Assembly (NCBI GenBank): GCA_051294905.1
Contig: CM119372.1
Location: 10,728,001 to 10,788,000 of the forward strand
Origin: Botryllus schlosseri
Taxonomy: Eukaryota
DNA: 60,000 bases
Reading direction: 5' to 3'
In this document: one piece after another, positions 54,174-60,000 of the stretch
Layout of the letters: every line of letters starts with the position of its first letter
Numbering within the stretch: position 1 is the first letter of the stretch
Made by a program: the position numbers and the translations under genes
The notes under the pieces: model-generated
The model's database searches: none
What the model was told of the DNA's origin: nothing
What the model saw: the letters and a program-made list of their open reading frames with translations, nothing else

Positions 54174-55404
54174 GTAATGAAGGGCACGCTGCATGTTGAC
54201 ATGATGCATGGCATCTCGTTATCTTAACATAAGATAATACGATTTGTGAGTCCTTTTAAGATCCGACCAATTTCTATTGTATATGCTGTAGGCCTATAAC
54301 ACAGGTCGAAAACCTTTTTCGGCCGAAGAGTCATATCGGCCCAATATTCTTCGAAAGATCCATACATGCAAATCAACTGTTGCATCACAAAAGAAAATTT
54401 GTGACATATTGGTAGCACTAATATATGAGATTCGTAATGTGCGCCAAATGTGGTGGAGCCAAACATGGTCACTAAAGCAGTACATATACCAACTGCAGGG
54501 TGTGATACGTTAGTGACGTGGGGTTAGGGATGGCAAGTGATGCAGTGCCTCACATGTCGTAAGGAATAAAACAAAGAAAAATGAGAAAACTTCAATGATT
54601 ATTGGCATTGTCTATCGATGTTTTTGAAACACTAAATGTTGAACATTTTTATTCCCAAAATCACGGAATTTTTAGATTTATTGTTTGAAAATAGCGAAAC
54701 GAGAGGTAAAAATGCACAGATGAGGCACAGACGGGCCAAGCCTTACCTGTAGTGCAACTCATCGTAAATCGAATTTATAATCACTGAGAGTGATCCAATG
54801 TAATTGTCGCGCTGATTCGGAAGATCTAAATATAGTGGTCGACTTCTAAAGTATTCGGCGTAAAATAGCTTTGCGCTACACACCTCCATTTTACGGTAGT
54901 GCTCAAAAGCTATACTTACCTATCAAGAACACGGATAGCTATGGCGTTGTTTTTAATGTGAATTTGTAATTGTCAATGTCACTTCCAAAGCAGTTTATTT
55001 CTCGGTGTAGATCAGGAAGAACCTGCGTATTTAAAAATTGGATTGTCCTTCAAGCGTATAGCCACTCGCCATGTCTGCTATTTTCTTTGATCAATCATGG
55101 TATCATCATCATGCGTGGCGCGCGGTGGCGGGTAGATCGAATTTGCTAGTGGTGTTAGTCGCCGGTGCCAGAACAACTTGAATTTGGGGGGTTTGTAAAG
55201 AGTGGTACGAGACCCCAACCCACTGTCTTGACCTCTTAAAGTCATGTTTATGCTGCCATCAGAATAATTATTCTGGCCGACATGGAAATTTACTAACAAG
55301 TTGCTGCAATAGTGATAAATTTAGTAGAAGATTAAAAATTTGTCAAAGAGCCATATCTTATACCCAAAAGAGCCATATATGGCTCGCGAGCCATAGGTTC
55401 CCGG

Positions 55405-56374
55405 TAGGGATGGTGTGAACGTGAGGTTCACGTTCGCGTTCTGTGTGTGAACCTCGAAAATTTAGAGGTTCGCGTTCACAACAGAACCTTGGTAGATTCT
55501 CCACTGTGAACCTTTTTGGTAAATTGCAATTTTCACATCATTATAAGATCTTTGGTTCAAATTTATTGCATTTCAACTGCGGGCCACTCTATGCATGGCG
55601 CTGGCAGCATAAAAAATCAACACTAAACGAGCATGCACCTTGACAATTTTAAAAGTTTTACTTGCTTTGTTACAAAAATTTTCTCGAAATATCCAGCTTT
55701 CAGTTCGTGAATATTTAGTGACTCTCTGCTGTGAGCTTGACTCGCAATCACACAACATCCCGAGCGAAATACGTAGTCAGCGAATGATGCTTATTCAACC
55801 AATCTATTACATTGATATCGTTTTCTGATGTAAAAAATCTAGCAGGCGTACGGGGTCAATCTTGACTTCATATCTTTACTGTCTCATTAAAACCAAATCC
55901 GTGCGATTGAGGTGTTGGCTACTGCTGTATAACCTGTTGTTGTTTGTGGTATCGGTAGTCAATATAGAAACGCGTTTAAACTCTGCTCAATATCAATGTA
56001 GCAATACTCAGACTCCGAATACATTGTCCGGTCTGGCCAAAGACCGTTAAGGCGTAAGTTTATATTCCCAGGTAAGTCCTCGGCGAAATTGTTGGCAAAA
56101 CGACAGAATGTATTGATTTTTGGGATTATTATATTCTTTGATTACCGCGATTGATACATTTAGCGACGTTAAGCATTGTGGCATTAAGTGGCCCGTGTCG
56201 TCGCTAGGTACCGTGTACATTAATATAAGCTATCACTTCATTGAAAGATAGGGTGGAATTAGCAATATGACGTCACGTGACGTCATGAGGTTCACGTTCG
56301 CGTTCACACAGAACCTTTCGAAAAGGTTCGCATTCACACGAACCTGAACCTTTCAGAGGTTCACACCATCCCTA
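55405..56374. mobile_element. hAT-like element, TAGGGATGGTGTGAAC family
   Basis: TIRs tagggatggtgtgaac / gttcacaccatcccta and perfect TSD gttcccgg. It is inserted into the terminus of another hAT MITE (...ggctcgcgagccataggttcccggccactg). Confidence 0.88.
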
Positions 56375-56472
56375 GTTCCCGGCCACTGCCGGAATCATTT
56401 GCAATCCACTAGAAACGCTTTTTAAACTTTTAACAGCGAATTATAAGGTAATTACCAATTTATCATTGAAAT

Positions 56473-59189
56473 ATGCCATCGGCTGCAGATCAAGGTAAGG
56501 ATATAGGTATATTTTGATAACTTATGATTGCAACGGATCAAGACCCTAGTCGCATCGTCACCTTACGAGCGTTCGATGCAGGCCTACATGAAGTTGTTTT
56601 ATTAGCGGTGTACTCTGAGCTGTTTATATTGTTGTGAATCGAATAAACCTCTTTACACCCAAGGCTTTTATTAACTATAAGTGAAACAACGAAAGACATC
56701 ACTAGGGCAAGTTTTTGTTGCACTAAAAACCTGAGAAAGTTGCATTTATTTTTTAATTTTAACAGAAGTTGCATTTTGACCACATTTTGCTCGGTTGACT
56801 AAAAAAGCCAATTTTCCGGCTCAGCTCGCGAAATACACGTAAAAGCGTTATTTCGGTGCTGATTTGCGGTGTTTCAGTCGAATTTGACCGTGTATTTCAA
56901 CAAAATTGAAAATACTTTCATGAAAAATCGAAAAAGTTGCATGAAAAAAATGGACAAAAGTTGCACTATAAGATTCCTTCAACGGGCTTAAAGCAGAATT
57001 CTGCATATCTTACGAGTATTTAGGAAGTTGTAAAAAAAAGTTGCAAAAGTTGCAAAAACTTGCCCTAGACATCACAATGGTTTATACGTAGGCCTGCCAA
57101 ATCGAGCGTTCAGGCAATCAATCAGCCAATCAAGCAATGGTTTTTCCAACTTTTTTACAGCTTCCGGCAACTTCCTAATTACTCAGAAGATAGTATATGT
57201 AGTATGGTGTTTTAAGCTGTTTGGATGATTCTTATATTGCAACTTTTCGCCATTTTTCATACAACTTTTTGTAACTTTTTCGATTTTTCATTCAAATGTT
57301 TGCAAGTTTTTCTCGTGCAACCAACTTTTTACTTGAAATAGATGGCACTATATGTAAATAGATCGCTCGATTATTTCGCTGTCGTTTAAATTTGAGGTCC
57401 TTACCGATTTGACGTAAAGTCAGGCTAGACCGCCGAAAATTATATTTTCACAGGGTCAATTTTTTCAGGCTATTGCTTTTTTTGAAGTCGTCAACACTGA
57501 GTGCCTTGGATACGGAGCGATTCGAGTATCTCATATCCTAATAATTACAAGGAACTTGTTCATAAATGCAACTTTTCAGTGCGACTTTGTGAAAAATAAA
57601 TGCAACTTTTTACTGCAACTTTTGTGACAAATATAAGCAACTTTTTACGGATTTGGCTGATACAAAAACTTGCCCCAATAATAACAAAGGAGTTACGATA
57701 CGATTGCGATCACCACATTGATATTGCTCATGATATATCACCAATAACTTGGACAAGACGGTATTCACGCCTTGAATTTAGAAGTAAAGAAAACGAAGAA
57801 AAAAGTAGTGAAAAAGGTAGTGAAAAAGAAGAGGTCCGAGTCAATCAAGGAGGAAAATCGTAAGCACGACTATCTCGTTATTTTAGCGAATAATTACATA
57901 AGCTTCAATAATAACGTTATGATTACAGCGGAAAAGTCACGAAAGAAGTCTATTCAAAATGTAGAGGAATCGAAAGAGAAATCAGAAATTGAAACAAATA
58001 CCGAAGAGAAAGAATCACTACCTGCTACAGAACCGAGCACCGAAAACGTGACATCACCGGAGGAACAGGGTAACAAAAGTGGCGATAGACTAATCTTCCC
58101 AATGAATACAAAGTGTTTTTTTTCAAACAGGAACTATTGTTGAAAAACCACAAGATGTTATTGCTAATGAAGGTAAGTCATTAATGATTTATTTATTGTG
58201 TTAGGCTATATATATCCACGGCTCGAAATTGCGATATAACATTTTACTCGCACCCAGCATTAGGCTAGAGTGGGGCAAAACGCCACCGGTTGAGAAGCGC
58301 TGGCTTAAATCCTACTATGCGTATTGAAATCATAAAAAAAGACTGGAAAACTCTCTCTATAGTCTATACTCTATAGCATCCGTTGCATATGACATTTCAC
58401 TGGATTTTAAAGGCTCTCTTTTAGTAAAAGTATGTGTAAAAGTAACGAATTCCCATAAAACTTTACAAAATATTCATTTGGGCATGGAAATCAAAGTGAC
58501 AGTTTCGTCTGACCATAGTGTCGACACAGGCAAATGTCACGCTTCAGTGAAATTGTATCACGTCACAATTTCCATTTGGCTTCAGGCAATTTCACGGTCA
58601 TTTTTGACCGGCTTGCCGAGCATTAAATTTGGTAAAACGGGTATCAATCGAAAGCTGACTCTGCACTGATTACGAAAATATAAATTTCATTCCCCTCGTG
58701 GCCCTGGAACTCCTACAATCAGCCTCGAATTTTTCATCGTTATGGAGATTGGCATTGGGACGCAACAATGCTGTCTGGCGAAACGAGAGAGCAGCTCAAG
58801 AGAAAAAGAGCCAGACGGCATTGTCTTACATTTTCATTTGAACCTAAGATAAGACCAGTAGTTTGTAATAAAGAATCGAGGCGTGCGAAATGAATCGCTG
58901 CACTTCTGCATTGTAATCTTTTATACGCCGATGGATGAAGGTGAGGCATTCACCGTAAGAACCAAAGTAACTGGAGGTGACGTGATCCACAAGCTCAAAG
59001 TTTCTTGGATCAAAGGCAAGTGGAACACCCTGTCAAAAGGAGATCGATTGGACATTTTCGGCAACGAAAGAACCGGGGAATATTTCCTAAAGTTCAAATG
59101 CCCGAAGCAAAGTGACACGGGAGCGTACAGGTTCAAAGTGACGGGGCAGTCTGTGGACGAGGAAAGCTCATTCACAATCACCGTCGGGC
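56473..59189 (+). CDS. Myosin-binding protein C / IGFN1 / IGSF22-family Ig-domain muscle protein, N-terminal part (continues beyond window)
   Basis: Phase-1 exons 56473-56494, 57782-57859, 57929-58069, 58131-58172 and 58941-59189 give MPSAADQEVKKTKKKVVKK...GTIVEKPQDVIANEGEAFTVRTKVTGG...VSWIKGKWNTLS...YFLKFKCPKQSDTGAYRFKV.... The 'W.KGKW' I-set Ig domain resembles MyBP-C C1. Confidence 0.82.
56703..57067. mobile_element. MITE, TAGGGCAAGTTTTTG family
   Basis: TIRs tagggcaagtttttg / caaaaacttgcccta and TSD gacatcac on both sides. A further related copy is at ~57140-57677. Confidence 0.88.
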
Positions 59190-59773
59190 GTGAGTCATCA
59201 CGAAGTTCACGGCAAAACTGCAGACGTCGATATTGCACTCCCAACCATCCAAGCGTCTGCTTCTAAGCTAGTCACCAACTGCACGCAATACGACAGCACG
59301 TTGATCGTTGATGCTATGCAGATATTATCGCACTGCCTGTTTCAAGTTGCGGGCTGAGCTATGAACGTTTGGCTTGGCTGTTATTATTATCGATGTCACT
59401 AGTTCTGAAAATGTGAGTTAACAGTTGCGTTACTGCCCCACGTTCATACGCTATACTTGACGACCGTTGATAAATCCCATTTTCCAGAAAATAACGGTCT
59501 TGAAGAGGCACATCTCGGACCTGTTTCACCTACTGGACGTATATAGGTCTATCCGGGAATCTTGACCGTAATATTTTATCTTTATGGTATTTAAGTTACA
59601 TAGCTGCGTCAGAGTCAAGAGTCACAGGCGACCAATCATTTATATAATATATTTTCATCATTTTGATACACCCCAATAATGCGATTCAATACACGGAGAG
59701 TTGCGAAGGGCTGTAATTACTAATTGACAATCTGGTAGCATACCCACTTCTACCTTCGGCCTAGTGCTACATA

Positions 59774-60000
59774 TAGGGTTGTATTTAAAACAAAAATCAA
59801 TTCAAAACAAACATGCTTAAGCCAAGGCCCTTGTTTAAAACATGTTTTTTATTTTTTTAACTACGATGTCACGAATATTCAATTGTGACGTCAACATGGA
59901 TTGACATTGACAATTGAAAATATAGGGTAGCTCTTTTGACGAAATATCTGTACTATTGCTGTTTAACCGACTATTTTGAGGGTTCCAACCATCCCTTATC
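59774..60000. mobile_element. MITE, TAGGGTTGCATTTAA family (truncated by window end)
   Basis: tagggttgtatttaaaac start, and the body aligns with 30211-30440. Confidence 0.75.

Noticed and set aside
58167..58942. Recent intron gain by transposon (ATGAAGGT at both intron ends read as a TSD)
   Set aside because: There are no TIRs at the intron ends, and the intron position appears shared with vertebrate MYBPC3, so it is probably ancient.

Overview
This is eukaryotic, intron-rich animal DNA with many ~55-70 nt introns and low GC. It is probably an invertebrate chordate such as an ascidian; this is inferred from the MyBP-C-type gene, compact introns and splice acceptors just upstream of start codons. 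Seven spliced protein-coding genes were reconstructed by hand: the 3' half of an SLC16/MCT transporter (+), RPL27A (-), EIF3M (+), an unrecognised 3-exon Ser/Arg-rich gene (-), an effector caspase-3/7-like gene (-), SPO11 (+), and the 5' end of a myosin-binding-protein-C/IGFN1/IGSF22-family Ig gene (+). RPL27A/EIF3M and caspase/SPO11 form head-to-head pairs. Large introns and intergenic DNA are packed with non-autonomous DNA transposons, mostly hAT-like with 8-bp target-site duplications (TSDs), plus Merlin-like and Kolobok-like ones, often nested 2-3 deep. There is also a decayed CR1/L2-type LINE and a tRNA-derived SINE. The most unusual items are a foldback whose two arms each carry a decayed minimal hammerhead ribozyme, a hAT derivative built from two copies of its transposase-containing 3' end, a telomere-like G-rich/C-rich nested transposon stack in EIF3M intron 2, candidate H/ACA snoRNAs in RPL27A intron 3, and the orphan gene. 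I found no clearly new multi-gene system. All family assignments come from recognising motifs by eye, with no database search.
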